A DNA stretch of 64,000 nucleotides, taken from positions 4,030,001-4,094,000 of the forward strand of contig NW_027590117.1 of NCBI RefSeq assembly GCF_964213995.1, written 5' to 3'. Source of the DNA: Mustelus asterias. Lineage: Eukaryota. Of the stretch, positions 24,572-38,119 are shown piece by piece (within the stretch, counting starts at the first letter, position 1; every line of letters starts with the position of its first letter). Position numbers and translations under genes: made by a program. The notes beneath the pieces were generated by a model that made no database searches, had not been told where the DNA came from, and saw only the letters and a program-made list of their open reading frames with translations.

Positions 24572-24868
24572 GTGAAGTAATAAAGCTAATAGTCTATGAA
24601 GGATTGGAATTTGTGTTACAGTTGCAGAAAACTCTGTTCAGACCCCATTGAGATCACTGTGTTCATCCCAGGAAGATTAGATTGGCCTTGGAGTGGGAGC
24701 AGCAGAATTTCACCAGTGATGCCAGACTCAAATGATGAGGACAGATTGCAAAGACTAGTCCTGTAATAACCTGAACATGGAAGATTAAGTGGTGATGTGA
24801 GTGAGATGTTTACAGTGAATGATTTGATAGGGTGCAGAGAGATAAACTGTTAGAATGAAAACAGATGG

Positions 24869-25564
24869 GTGACGTTGAGAGGGGCTGGGAGAAAGCAGTC
24901 CGTGCAGGGATCCCCGGTGGTCGTTCCCCTTAGCAACAAGTATTCCACTTTGGATACGGTTGAGGGGGATGGCATACCAGTGGTGAGCCGCAGTGAGAGG
25001 ATCTCCGGCACTGTGTCCGTCTCTGTGGCTCGGGAGTGTAAGGGGCAGAGCGGGAGGGCAATAGTAATTGGGGACTCGTTAGTTAGAGGGATAGATAGGA
25101 GGTTCTGTGGCAGCAAAAGAGACTCACGGATGGTATGTTGCCTACCGGATGCCAAGGTCCGTGACGTCTCAGACCGTGTTTTCCGGATTCTGAAGGGGGA
25201 GGGGAAACAGTCACAAGTCGTGGTACACATTGGTACCAATGACATAGGTAAGAGAAGGGACGGGGATTTAAAGCAGGAATTTCTGGAGCTGGGCTGGAAG
25301 CTGAGAGCCAAGACAAAACATGTGGTCATCTCTGGTACGTTGCCGGTGCCATGTGATAGCGAGTTGAGGAACAGGGAGAGAGTGCAGTTAAACATGTGGT
25401 TGCAGGGATGGTGTCGGAGGGAGGGTTTCAGATACGTGGATAATTGGAACACATTCTGGGGAAGGTGGGACCTGTACAAACAGGACAGGCTGCACCTGAA
25501 CCAGAGGGGCACCAATATCCTGGGAGGGAAATTTGTTACGGCTCTTCAGGGGGGTTTAAACTAA
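24869..25564 (+). CDS. CR1 ORF1 SGNH/GDSL esterase domain (N-terminally truncated)
   Basis: IGDSLVRG, HIGTND, DRLHL motifs. Confidence 0.8.
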   Translation: MTLRGAGRKQSVQGSPVVVPLSNKYSTLDTVEGDGIPVVSRSERISGTVSVSVARECKGQSGRAIVIGDSLVRGIDRRFCGSKRDSRMVCCLPDAKVRDVSDRVFRILKGEGKQSQVVVHIGTNDIGKRRDGDLKQEFLELGWKLRAKTKHVVISGTLPVPCDSELRNRERVQLNMWLQGWCRREGFRYVDNWNTFWGRWDLYKQDRLHLNQRGTNILGGKFVTALQGGLN

Positions 25565-26998
25565 TTTGTCAGGGGAGTGGGAAAAGGAGTTGTAGTCCAC
25601 AAGTCAGTGAGGGTGGTGAGGTATTGGGGAAGGTATCAGGGTCAAGGGTGGGTACCGGTAGACAGGAAGGTGGGTTGAAGTGTGTCTACTTCAATGCAAG
25701 GAGCATCCGGAACAAGGTAGATGAACTTGGGGCGTGGATTGGTACTTGGGACTATGATGTTGTGGCCATTACGGAGACGTGGGTAGAACAAGGACAGGAA
25801 TGGTTGTTGGATGTTCCGGGGTATAGATGTTTCACTAAGTGTAGGGAAGCTGGTAAAAGAGGTGGAGGAGTGGCATTGTTAATCAAGGATAGTTTAACGG
25901 CTGCGGAAAGGCACTTCAAGGGGGATCTGCTCACTGAGGTAATATGGGCTGAGGGTAGAAATAGGAAAGGAGCGGTCACGTTGTTAGGAGTTTACTATAG
26001 GCCCCCAAATAGTAATAGAGATGTGGAGGAAGAAATTGCTAAGCAGATTATGCATATGTGTGGGGGTCACAGGGTAGTTAGACTTTAACTTTCCAAATAT
26101 TGATTGGAACCTTTGTAGGTCAAATAGTTCGGATGGGGCAGTTTGTGTGCAGTGTGTACAGGAGGGTTTCCTGACACAATATGTGGATAGGACGACAAGA
26201 GGTGAGGCCACATTGGATTTGGTACTGGGAAATGAACCGGGCCAAGTGTTAGATTTGGTTGTGGGAGAGCACTTTGGAGATAGTGACCACAATTCGGTGC
26301 CTTTTGTTATTGCAATGGCGAGGGATAGGGCCATACGACAGGGCAAGGTTTACAATTGGGGGAGAGGTAATTATGATGCGATTAGGCAAGAATTAGGGGG
26401 CATAAGTTGGGAACAGAAACTGTCAGGGAAAGGAACTAATGAAAAGTGGAACTTTTTCAAGGAACAAATACTGGATGTCCTTGATAGGTATGTCCCTGTC
26501 AGGCAGGGAGGAAATGGCCGAGTGAGGGAACCATGGTTCACGAAAGAGGTGGAATGTCTTGTGAAAGGGAAGAGGGAAGCTTATGTAGGGATGAGGAAAC
26601 AAGGTTCAGATGGCTCGATTAAGGGTTACAAGTTAGCAAGGAATGAGCTGAAAAAGGGGCTTAGGAGAGCTAGGAGGGGACACAAGAAGTCCTTGGCGGG
26701 TCGGATCAAGGAAAGCCCCAAGGCTTTTTACTCTTATGTGAGGAATAAAAGAATGACCAGGGTGAGGTTAGGGCCGGTCAAGGACAGTAGTGGGAACTTG
26801 TGTATGGAGTCAGTAGAGATAGGCGAGGTGATGAATGAATACTTTTCTTCAGTGTTCATCAAGGAGAGGGGCCATGTTTTTGAGGAAGAGAAGGTGTTAC
26901 AGGCGAATAGGCTGGAGGAAATAGATGTTTGGAGGGAGGATGTCCTGGCAGTTTTGAATAAACTGAAGGTCGATAAGTCCCCTGGGCCTGATGAAATA

Positions 26999-27338
26999 AT
27001 AGAAATCATAGAAACCCTACAGTGCAGAAGGAGGCCATTCGGCCCATCGAGTCTGCACTGACCACAATCCCACCCAGGCCCTACCCCCACATATTTTACC
27101 TGCTAATCCCTCTAACCTACACATCTCTGGACTCTTATGGGCAATTTTTAACCTGGCCAATCAACCTAACTTGCACATCTTTGGACTGTGGGAGGAAACC
27201 GGAGCACCCGGAGGAAACCCACGCAGAAACGAGGAGAATGTGCAAACTCCACACAGACAGTGACCCGAGCTGGGAATCGAACCTGGGACCCTGGAGCTGT
27301 GAAGCAGCAGTGCTAACCACTGTGCTACCGTGCCGCCC
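26999..27338 (-). mobile_element. Full-length HE1-like V-SINE inserted in CR1 ORF2
   Basis: Head gggcggcacggtagcacagtggttagc, box B ggttcgattccc, CR1-like tail; splits the SPGPDE/MYP-type motif. Confidence 0.85.
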
Positions 27339-28086
27339 AATGTAGCCAAGGATTCTTTGGGAGGCAAGGGATGAGATTGCAGAGCCTTTGGCTTTGATCT
27401 TTGGGTCCTCGCTGTCCACGGGGATGGTGCCAGAGGACTGGAGAATGGTGAATGTTGTTCCTCTGTTTAAGAAAGGGAATAGAAATGACCCTGGTCATTA
27501 TAGACCTGTTAGTCTTACTTCGGTGGTTGGTAAATTGATGGAAAAGGTCCTTAGAGATGGGATTTACGACCATTTAGAAAGTTGCGGATTAATCCGGGAT
27601 AGTCAGCATGGATTCGTGAAGGGCAAGTCGTGCCTCACAAATTTGATAGAATTTTTTGAGGAGGTAACTAAGTGTGTTGATGAAGGTAGGGCAGTTGATG
27701 TCATATACATGGATTTTAGTAAGGCGTTTGATAAGGTCCCCCATGGTCGGCTTATGATGAAAGTGAGGAGGTGTGGGATAGAGGGAAAGTTGGCCGATTG
27801 GATAGGTAACTGGCTGTCTGATCGAAAACAGAGGGTGGTGGTCGATGGAAAATTTTCGGATTGGAGGCAGGTTGCTAGCGGAGTGCCGCAGGGATCAGTG
27901 CTTGGTCCACTGCTCTTTGTGATTTTTATTAATGACTTAGAGGAGGGGGCTGAAGGGTGGATCAGTGAATTTGCTGATGACACCAAGATTGGTGGAGTAG
28001 TGGATGAGGTGGAGGGCTGTTGTAGGCTGCAAAGAGACATAGATAGGATGCAAAGCTGGGCTGAAAAATGGCAAATGGAGTTTAAA

Positions 28087-28267
28087 CCATAGAAACCCTA
28101 CAGTGCAGAAGGAGGCCATTCGGCCCATCGAGTCTGCTCCGACCACAATCCCACCCAGGTCCTACCCCCACATATTTACCCGCTAATCCCTCTAACCTAC
28201 GCATCCCAGGACTCTAAGGGGCAATTTTTAACCTGGCCAATCAACCTAACCCGCACATCTTTGGACT
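28087..28267 (-). mobile_element. 5'-truncated HE1-like SINE in CR1 ORF2
   Basis: Matches the 3' half of 26999-27338; splits WQMEF/DKCEV. Confidence 0.8.
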
Positions 28268-29758
28268 GATAAATGTGAGGTGATTCATTTTGGTAGGGCT
28301 AATTTAAATGTGGATTACAGAGTCAAAGGTAGGGTTCTGAAGACTGTGGAGGAACAGAGAGATCTTGGGGTTCATCTCCACAGATCTCTAAAGGTTGCCA
28401 CTCAAGTGGATAGAGCTGTGAAGAAGGCCTATAGTGTGTTAGCTTTTATTAACAGGGGGTTGGAGTTTAAGAGCCGTGGGGTTATGCTGCAACTGTACAG
28501 GACCTTGGTTAGACCACATTTGGAGTATTGTGTGCAGTTCTGGTCACCTCACTATAGGAAGGATGTGGAAGCGCTGGAAAGAATGCAGAGGAGATTTACC
28601 AGGATGCTGCCTGGTTTGGAGGGTAGGTCTTATGAGGAAAGGTTGTGGGAGCGAGGGCTGTTCTCTCTGGAGCGGAGGAGGCTGAGGGGAGACTTAATAG
28701 AGGTTTATAAAATGATGAAGGGGATAGATAGAGTGAACGTTCAAAGACTATTTCCTCGGGTGGATGGAGCTATTACAAGGGGGCATAACTATAGGGTTCG
28801 TGGTGGGAGATACAGGAAGGATATCAGAGGTAGGTTCTTTACACAGAGAGTGGTTGGGGTGTGGAATGGACTGCCTGCAGTGATAGTGGAGTCAGACACT
28901 TTAGGAACATTTAAGCGGTTATTGGATAGGCACATGGAGCACACCAGGATGATAGGGAGTGGGATAGCTTGATCTTGGTTTCAGATAAAGCTCGGCACAA
29001 CATCGTGGGCTGAAGGGCCTGTTCTGTGCTGTACTGTTCTATGTTCTATGTTAGCTCTGAATGGGGGAACCTCACCGTAAAATGAGAGTGAGACATTTCA
29101 GGGATAATTTAGACCATAAGATATAAGTATATAAAATATAAGAATTAGGCCACTCGGCCGCTTGAGTCTGCTCTGCCAATGAAGCATAGATGATATTTTT
29201 CTCATCCCCACTGTTCTGCCTTTTCCCCATAATCCCTGATCCCCTTATTTAATTTCAGGAAAAGCTTCTTGATAGAGGATGGTGGGAATGTTGAATTGTC
29301 CACAAACAATTTTTAAAGCTGAGTTTATCAGGAAATTAACAAGCTGAAGACGACAAGCAGCCAGTAACATGAAGGTGGATAGTCAGAGTTTCTGTAGGTA
29401 TTTAAACAATAAAAGAATTAAAGTGAGCATTGGTTCTATCGAAAGTGCATCTGGGGAATTGATAATGGAAAATAGGATATTGACAAATGAATTGAACAGG
29501 TAGTTTTCATTTGTGTTCACTATAGAGGACACAAGTAACATCCCAAAAATAGCTGGAAATCAGCAAATGGAAGGGAGGGAGGAACTCAGGAAAATTACAA
29601 TCACCAGGGAAAGTGGTATTGAGCAAATTGTCGGATCTGGAGGCTGACAAATCCCTGCGTCCGGATGGGCTTCACACTCAGGACATGAAATCAGTGGCTA
29701 ATGAGATAGCTGATGCATTTGTTTTAATTTTGCAAAATTCCCTGGCTTCAGAGAATGT

Positions 29759-29915
29759 GATGTGGAGATGCCGACGTTGGACTGGGGGGTAAGCACAATA
29801 AGAAGTCTTACAACACCAGGTTAATGTCCAACAGGTTTATTTTACTACTAAGTAAACCTTGTGCTACCAAATAAACCTATTGGACTTTAACCTGGTGATG
29901 TGAGACTTCTCATTG
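29759..29915. mobile_element. 157-bp fold-back made of two inverted Penelope pLTR ends, 12-bp TSD
   Basis: caacaccaggttaa..ccaacaggtttatt and its inverse; ttcagagaatgt at 29747-29758 and 29916-29927. Confidence 0.8.
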
Positions 29916-30024
29916 TTCAGAGAATGTTCCATTAGAATGAAATATAGAAAGTGTAACACCTTTATTCAAAAAGAGATGGAGAGAGAAAACAGGGAACTAC
30001 AGGCTGTTACCCTGACAGCTGTTC

Positions 30025-30153
30025 GACGATGAAGGGGCAGCCTGTTCCGAAAGCTGGTGGCTTTTGCTACCAAATAAACCTGTTGGACTTTAACCTGGTG
30101 TTGTCAGACTTCTTCCTCTGTTTACCCCAGTCCAACGCCAGCATCTCCACATC
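30025..30153 (+). mobile_element. Penelope pLTR 3' fragment with degenerate hammerhead
   Basis: cgatgaaggggcagcctgttccgaaagct..accaaataaacctgttggactttaacc..atctccacatc. Confidence 0.7.
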
Positions 30154-31954
30154 TTTTTCTGGGTGGCAGGATATGTCGAATGGTGTATCTGTACCAGGGC
30201 CACAACTTGTTACAATTTATAAAAATGGCTTTGATGAAGGGACTGAAGATACGGTTGTTAAATTCGCTGACAGCATAAAGATTGACAAGAAATTAATTGC
30301 AAAGTGTACGTAAGGAGGCTACAAAAGGAAACAGATAGGTTATGTGAATTGGCAAAATGTGGCAAGTGAGGCAAATTGCGAGGATGAAACAGTGGATGAA
30401 AAATTGAGACTTACAAAGTTGAGATGAATAGGGTGCCAGCCAGGTACATAGCCACCAGAAATAAATACACGGCATCCAAAGCTAGAGTATCCTGGAGTCT
30501 AAGGATATTGATAAGAAAATAAGGAAGAAAAAAGAGACATAGGATGCATGCTGGAATAATAATAGCAATAGAAATCAGGAAAAACAGTTCAAATGCAGGA
30601 GAGAGGCTAAGGCTTTAATAAGGGAGGCTAAAAGGGAGCATGAGGAAAGGATAGCAGGCTGCGCTAAAACAAATAGTAAAATGTTCTTCAAACATATACA
30701 TGTGAAAAGGTTAGTGAAGGATAAAGTGGGGCTCAAAAGGGCAGGGTAAACTGATCACTGAAGCAGAGGGTATGGCAGAGATACTAAATGAGTACCCTGC
30801 TTCTGTCTTTACAAAATTAGACAATATGACAATGGCCCTGTTGAAAATATGGGTGCTCAGTAACTGAACAGTATAGTGATAGATAAAGAAGAGGCGCTAA
30901 AACTCTGGCAGCACTCTCAGTCGAGAAATCACCAGGTCCAGACTGGATGCATGGTAGATTGCTGAGAGGTGAGGGAGCAAATTGCGCAGCCATTGACAGA
31001 AACTTCCTGGCCTCTTTGAACACAGAATTAGTCCCATGGGATTGGAGGATTGCAAATGTAATGCTGTTTTTCAGGAAAGGGGCAAAGGATACCCCAGGAA
31101 ACTACAGACCTCTCAGCTGGACATCAATAGTGAGAAAACAGATGGAGGCCACAGTCTGAAATAAGATATATATATACTCTCAGAGAAATATAAGTTCATA
31201 CTCGGCAGATGACATAATTTTCTCAAGGGCAGGTCATGTTTGGCAAGATGAGTCACAGACATTGGATGAGGGTAGTGCTGTCGATGTTGTATATTTGGCC
31301 TTTCAGAAAGCATTTGATATGGTGCCACATGGCAGGTTGGTGAGCGAATTAGAAATGTTTGTGATTGATGGGTCCTTGGCAGCATGGATTAGAAGTTGGC
31401 TGAAAGATAGGAAACAGAGGTTGGGTATAGATGTGCATTTCTCAGACTCGAGACGAGTTGAAAGTGGTGTTCCCCAGGGATCAGTGTTGGGACACTTGCT
31501 TTTTCTGATTTATAAAAAACCATTTAGAGATCGATGTTAAGGGCAAAATTTGCATACAATACCAAGCTGGGGAGAATAGTGAATTGTGAGAATGATGCTG
31601 AGTGACTTTAGAGGGACATTGACAAGTTGCCCAAATGGGCAGACACCGCAGATGAATTGCAATGCAGCAAAATGTGAGGAAATGCATTTTGGTACAAGAA
31701 ACATGAGGAGAAAATATGCCCATTATGGTACAACATTTAGGGGAAGAACAGGAGCAGAGAGAACTTGGGTTTCAAGTGTATAATGCTCTGTTGCGGGCAA
31801 GGCAAGTTGAAACAGTTATTAATACGGCTGATAGGATCCTTGGAGTCATAGAGGTTTACAGCATGGAAACAGCTCTTTGGCTCAACTTGTCCAAGCTGCC
31901 CTGTTTATACCACTAAGCTAGTCTCAATTGCCTGCATTCGGCCTGTATCCCTTC

Positions 31955-32298
31955 AGAATCATAGAAGCCCTATAGTGCAGAAAGAGGCCATTTGGCCCAT
32001 CGAGTCTGCACCGACCACAATCCCATCCCGGCCCTACCCCCTTATCCCGACATATTTACCCGCTAATCCCTCTAACCTACGCATCTCGGGACACGAAGCG
32101 GCAATTTTAGCATGGCCAATCAACCTAACCTGCACATCATTGGACTGTGGGAGGAAACCGGAGCACCCAGAGGAAACCCATGCAGACACGAGGAGAATGT
32201 GCAAACTCCACACAGACAGTGACCCAAGCCAGGAATCGAACCCAGGTCCCTGGAGCTGTGAAGCAGCAGTGCTAACCACTGTGCTACCGTGCCACCCC
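31955..32298 (-). mobile_element. Full-length HE1-like V-SINE
   Basis: Same head, V domain and tail as 26999-27338. Confidence 0.85.
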
Positions 32299-32659
32299 AA
32301 TTCCCTACAATTCCAATTCCAATTTATACCAATCTTACCCATGTAACTGTCTAAATGCTTTTTAAAAGACAAAATTGTACCTACCTCTACGACTGCCTCT
32401 GGCAGCTCGTTCCAGACACTCACAACTGTGTGTGTGAAAACCCTCTGGTTCTGGGTTCCTAGTCCATGAATCAGAAAAGGCTAATATAGATGTGCAGCAA
32501 ATAATTAGGAATGCAAATAGAATGTTATTGCTTAATGTGAGGAATTGTAGGGAATTGATGCTTCACTTGAACAGAACGAGGTGAGACCACATCTGGAGGA
32601 TTGTATACAGTACTGGTCCCCTTATCGAAAGAAAGATGTAAACACGTTAGAAGCAGTGT

Positions 32660-33352
32660 CAGTGTGCAATGAATACTCTCTCAATCTATCAGCGTGTGTG
32701 CGTGAAGAATCAACTCTCTCAATCTATTACTGTATGGGTGTGGAATTAACTCTCAATCTATTAGTGTGAGAGTGTGGAATTAACTCTTTCTCAACCTATT
32801 ACTGTGTCTCAGTGTGTAATTAACTCTATCTTAATCTAGTGCTGTGTTTGGGTGGAATTAACCCTCTAACAATCTATTACTGTCTGTGTGTGTGTGGAAT
32901 TAAAACTCTCTCAATCTAACAGTGTGTGTGGGTGTGGAATTAACTTTCTCTCAATCAGTTGCTGTGTGTCGGTGTGGAATTAACTCTATCTTAATCTATT
33001 ACTGTGAGAGAGTGTGCAAGTAACACTGACAATCTATTAGTGTGTGTGAGTGTGTGGTTAACTCTCTCTCTCAGTCTATTGCTGTGAGAGAGTGTGGAAT
33101 TAACTCTCCCTCTCAATCTATTACTGTGTGAGAGTGTGTTGAATTAACTAGCTGACAATATATTACTGTGTGTGTGTGTGTATGTGGAACTAACTCTCTC
33201 TCAATCTATTACTGTGTGAGAGTGCGTGGAATTAACGAGCTGACAATATATTACTGTGTGTGTGTGTGTATGTGTGTGTGTGGAACTAACTCTCAATCTA
33301 TTACTGAGTGAGTGTGTGTGTGGTGTGTGTGGAACTAACTCTCTCTCAATCT

Positions 33353-33392
<40 letters not shown>

Positions 33393-34890
33393 AGTTGACT
33401 CTCTCAATCCATTAGTGTGTGAGAGCGGCAATTATAATTGTCTCAATCTACTACTGTGTGTCAGTGTGGCAGAAACTCTCTCTCAATCTATTACTATGTG
33501 AGAGTGTGGCAGTAACTCTCTGACAATCTATTACTATGTGAGAGTGTAGAATTATCACTCTCTCAATCTGTTACTGTGTGTAGAATTAATTCTCTCTCAA
33601 TCTATTAAGGTGTGTGAGTGTGTAATTAACCCTCTGTCAGTCTATTACTGTGTATGAGTGTCGAATTAACTCTCTCAATCGATTAGTGTGTGAGTGTAGA
33701 ATTAACTCTCTCACTCCATTACTGTGTGTGAGTGTGGAAATGACTCTCTTCTATTACTTTATCGATTACTGTGCAGAATTAACTCTCTCAATCTATTATT
33801 GTATGTGAGTGTGGAATTAACTCTATCCTATTACTGTTTGTGCATGTGTGCGTGTGTGTGGAATTAACTCTCTCTCAATCTATTCCTCTGTGTGATTGTG
33901 GAAGTAGCTCTCTCAATCTATTGCTGTGTGTGTGTGGAATTAACTCTCTCTCAATCTATTGCTCTGTCAGTGTGGAATTAACTCTCTCACAATCTATTAC
34001 TGAGTGTGAGTGTGGAATTAACTATCTCTCAATCTATTACTGAGTGCAAGTGTGCAAATAATACTCTCTCAATCTATTACTGTGTGAGAGGGTGGAATTA
34101 ACTCACATCTATTACTAGGTGCGAGTGTGGAATTAACTCCCTCTCAATCTATTCCTCAGAGTGTGTGGAATTAACTCTCTCTCAATCGATTACTGAGTGT
34201 GAGTGTGGAATTAATTCTCTCTCAATTTATTACTGTGTGAGAGGGTGGAATTAACTCCCATCTATTACTATGCATGAGTGTGGAATTAACTCCCTCTCAA
34301 TCTATTACTATGTGATAGTGTGGAATTAACCGTCTCAATCTGTTAGTGTGTGTGTGTGGAATTAACACCCTCTGAATTGAATTGTGAGAGAGTGTGGAAT
34401 TATCTCTCTCAATCTATTACTGTGTGCGAGTGTGCAATGAATAATCTCTCAATCTATCACTGTGTGAGTGTGTAATTAACTCTCTCTCAAACTATTACTG
34501 TGTTTCAGTGTGGAATTAACTCTCAATCTATTACTGTGTGTCAGTGTGGAATTGACTCTCTCTCAATCTATTGCACTGTGTGCGAGCGTGGAATTAACTG
34601 TCTCTCACTGTATTGTTGTGTGTGAGGATGGAAGAACTCTCTCTCAATCTATTACTGTGTGAGAGTGTGGATGTAACTCTCTCTCAATATGTTACAGTGT
34701 GAGAGTGTGAAATTGACACTCTCTCAACCAATTACTGTGTATGTGTAATTAACTCCCTCTCAAACTATTACTGAGTGTGAATGTGGAATTAACTCTCTCT
34801 CAATCTGTTACTGTGTGATTGTAGAAATAACTCCCTAGCTATCTATCAATAATGTATGCAATTAACTGTCAGTCTCTGTTACTGTATGGA
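32660..34890. repeat. Degenerate satellite, ~38-42 bp unit
   Basis: gtgtggaattaactctctctcaatctattactgtgtgaga repeated dozens of times with variable (GT)n/(CT)n. Confidence 0.93.
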
Positions 34891-34929
34891 AGTGGGTCAC
34901 TGTCAGCTTAGCAAACTGCTGCTAGTAGA

Positions 34930-35815
34930 GGGCCACAGGGATTAGTGCTGGGTTCTCAGCGATTTACAATCTATACTAATGACCCAGATGAAGGGACAGA
35001 TCAACACCAAATTTTCAGGCAATATATAGGTAAGTGGGAAAGCAGGTTGTGAGGAGGACACAAAAAGTCTGCAAGGGGATATAGAGAGGTTAAGTGAGTG
35101 GACACAAATCTGGCAGGTAGGATACAATGTAGGAAAGAGTGAGGCTTTCCACTTCAGTGGGAAGAATTGGAAGGCAGAACATTATTTAATTAGAGGAAGA
35201 GACAGCAGAATGTTACAGTACAGAGGGTCTAACTGTAATTATAAGTACATATGTGGAGTATAAAAGTAGGGAAATGTTGCTGCAAATACATGGCATTGCT
35301 GAGTCTACACGTTTATATGCTTTCTCTGATTTAAAGAGGGAAACACTTGTATTGTAGGCAATGAAGATTCACTTGGTTGATTGCTAAGATGAAGGAGTCA
35401 TCTTATGAGGAAAGTTTAATCAAGTTAAGCTAATATCATAGAAGTTGAGAAGAATGAGAGATGATCATATTGAAACATTGAAGAATCTGAGGAGACTGGA
35501 CAGGGTAGATGTTGAGCGGAATGTTTCCATTTATGGGCAAAATTGGAACTACAGGACACAGTTTAAAAATAAAGTATGCCCCACTTAAGATGGAGATGAG
35601 AAGGAATTTCTCCTCTCAAAGTGTCCTTAATTTTTGGCATTGATTAGATTCCATCCTAAGGTAGGAAGAATTTTGATCTACGAGAGAGACAAGGGTTATA
35701 GGGCAGGCAATAAAATGGAGTTGAGGCCATAATCACATCAACCACGATCTTACTGAATGGTGGGGCAACCCAAAAGAACAAATTGCCTTCTGCTACTCCT
35801 GCTTCATATGTTCTG
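34930..35815 (+). mobile_element. Decayed CR1 3' region
   Basis: LQGDIERLSEW motif and CR1 3' UTR remnants. Confidence 0.55.
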
Positions 35816-36784
35816 ATTTGATGTCAATGTGGAACTAACTCTCTTAGTCTCTGTTTCAGTATTTCAGTGTGGAATTAACTTACGTTTGACACTGCATATG
35901 AGTGCAGAACTGATTCCCTTTCCATTACTAATTTTATATGAGTGTGCAATGTCTCTGTCAGTCTCTGTTACTGTACAGGACACCTTGATGAGAAATGTTT
36001 GGGCCCGACTGGTCTCAAATGTACTCAGGGTTAAACCCATCAGCTTTTCCTCCATCAACACTCCAGTTCAAAGCCAGCCAACAAGAACATACCTTCACAG
36101 AAAGTGAGACACCAATTTTCACAACCAACATCCACCCTGGTTCAAATGGATTCTTTGTCCATTTCTGGCCTCATTTTTCTGAGCAACAGCCACAATAATT
36201 CACTGGTAAAATCATGTGGCCACTGGAATTTTGAAACAAGGTGAAAATTCTGGAATACACAACATGTCAGGTAGCATCTGCAAAGAGAGAAACAGAGTTC
36301 ATGTTTCAGCTCACTGACAATCAGCATGAGATAAAACACTTCCTAATATCCACTCATGGCGGCCGCAGTTCCCACATGGGGAGGTAATGGTGTAGTGGTA
36401 TTGTCACTGGACTAGTGATCCAGTGTAATGCAATGGGAGCAAATTTTACCACAGCAGAGAGTGCAATTTGAACTAAAAAAAAATTTGGAATTAAGGTCTA
36501 ATGATGACCACGTCATGACAACCCACTTCATTTACTGATGCTCCTTTAGGCAAGCAAATCTGCCCAAATTTACTCTTCTGGCCGACATGTGACTCCAGAC
36601 ACACAGCAATGTGGTTGACTCTTAAGTGCCCTCTGAAATGGCCTAACAAGCCAGTGATGCCCACATCACATGAATTAATAAAAACAATGCTCTGCGCCCC
36701 GGAAAGTGCTCTATCCAGGACACTGACTTGCCCAGGCACAGCCACAAGGCAATCTGTGCTGGAACATTCCCCAGTGCCACATGT

Positions 36785-37045
36785 AAAGTTTATTTATTTG
36801 TGTCACAAGTAGGGCTTACATTAACACTGCAATGAAGTTACTCTGAAAACTCTCTAGTCACTGCACTCTGGCGCCTGTTTGGGTACACTGAGAGAGCATT
36901 TAGCATGACCAATGACCAGAGGAAACCTATGCAGACATGGGGAGATTGTGTAGACTTCGCATCGACAGTGACCTAAGCCAGGAATCGAATCTGGGTCCCT
37001 GGCGCTGTGAGGCAGCAGTGCTAACCACTGCACCACTCCCATTCC
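36785..37045 (-). mobile_element. V-SINE with alternative tail (same type as 8589-8900)
   Basis: Reverse complement of aacttcattgcagtgttaatgtaagc..cttgtgacacaaataaa tail plus V-SINE head. Confidence 0.65.
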
Positions 37046-37905
37046 ACCAAGCTGCCCGTGTCTTATTGAAGTTTCCCACTTTCCTCCTCACAGTTGCCAA
37101 TGCCTCCAAGATTGGTGGCGTATGGAAATGTTGAGCTTGAGTCCTGTACACCAAGGTGTGTGTCATTAATATATATCAGGAAGAGCAGGGCTCCTAAAAC
37201 CGAGCCCTGGGGAACTCCACTAGAAACCTTCCTCCAGTCTGAAACACAACCATTAACCACTACTCTCTGTTTCCTCTCACTCACACTGTTCCATATGGGG
37301 CGGTGAAGATGGCCTCAGCACCCTAGCTATGACTGTAACACTGCATTCTGCACTCTCTCCTATCCTTCTCTGTGAATGGTATGCTTTGTTTGTATAGCAC
37401 GCAGGAAACAATACTTTTCACTATTTACTAATACATGTGACGATAATAAATCAAATCATACCTCAATCTGAGAATGTATTTCAGATTTGGATTTGTATCA
37501 AATGTATTTGTGAATATTCACTGTGGCCATTAGTACAGTCAATTCAAAACCCCTGATTTGCGTGATGTGACTGGTATTTAAGTCGAATCTCAGAGTACAT
37601 TATTACTGTTCATTGTGTAACTTTTAATTAGAATCGATGTGTCAGTTTTACCACATATTTAATTTGGAGCTAAGGCTGCTCTATTGTGGGATTGACACTG
37701 TGATGATCTGATGGCAGGAGTCAATTTGGACTTGGATTTATGGATCCCACTATCAATAGTACTGGGTTTGATTTGATTTATTATTGTCACATGCATTGGT
37801 ATACAGTGAAAAGTATTGTTTTCTTGCGTGCTATACAGACAAAGCAGACAGTTCATACAGCACATAGAGCAGAAGAAAAGGTGAGGATGCAGAATGTAGT
37901 CCATT

Positions 37906-37988
37906 TAATTGGAGTGCGGTTCAAATGCACACGGACATAAGTCCGTTGGATCTTAAGTCCAACCCCTTAACCACTCGGCCATCCTGGT
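37906..37988 (-). pseudogene. tRNA-Leu(TAA) pseudogene (T-loop and acceptor stem damaged)
   Basis: Reverse complement accaggatggccgagtggttaaggggttggacTTAAgatccaacgg..catttgaaccgcactccaatt; 3' acceptor strand no longer pairs. Confidence 0.8.
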
Positions 37989-38119
37989 AGGATATTTAGA
38001 GTCACATGGACAAAAATGTCTGTCTCTCCTGCTCTGTTTGATTGATGGATTGAAAACGTGTCTGCAACTATTTCTGCTCTCTGAGACCGTTGAACTAATA
38101 AGATGTCTGTGTGTCTGGA

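Larger units (their letters stand above)
24855..29052 (+). mobile_element. Near-complete CR1 LINE (ORF1 3' part + ORF2) with two nested SINEs, inserted into an older CR1
   Basis: ORF1 SGNH esterase (GDSLV, HIGTND, DRLH); ORF2 EN (YFNARSI, ITETW, SDH) and RT (QGSVLGP, FADD); tail ttctatgttctatg. Confidence 0.93.
29330..32660 (+). mobile_element. Mosaic of decayed CR1 ORF2 fragments
   Basis: [28 protein letters not shown] motifs with many stops. Confidence 0.6.

Noticed and set aside
26999-27338. tRNA genes at SINE heads
   Set aside because: Box A/B segments continue into V-domain SINE bodies and do not form full cloverleaves
32660-34890. CRISPR-like array
   Set aside because: Units are contiguous degenerate repeats with microsatellite variation and no unique spacers; no cas genes; vertebrate context
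37906-37988. Functional tRNA-Leu
   Set aside because: Acceptor stem unpaired and box B altered; the other copy lacks half the anticodon stem
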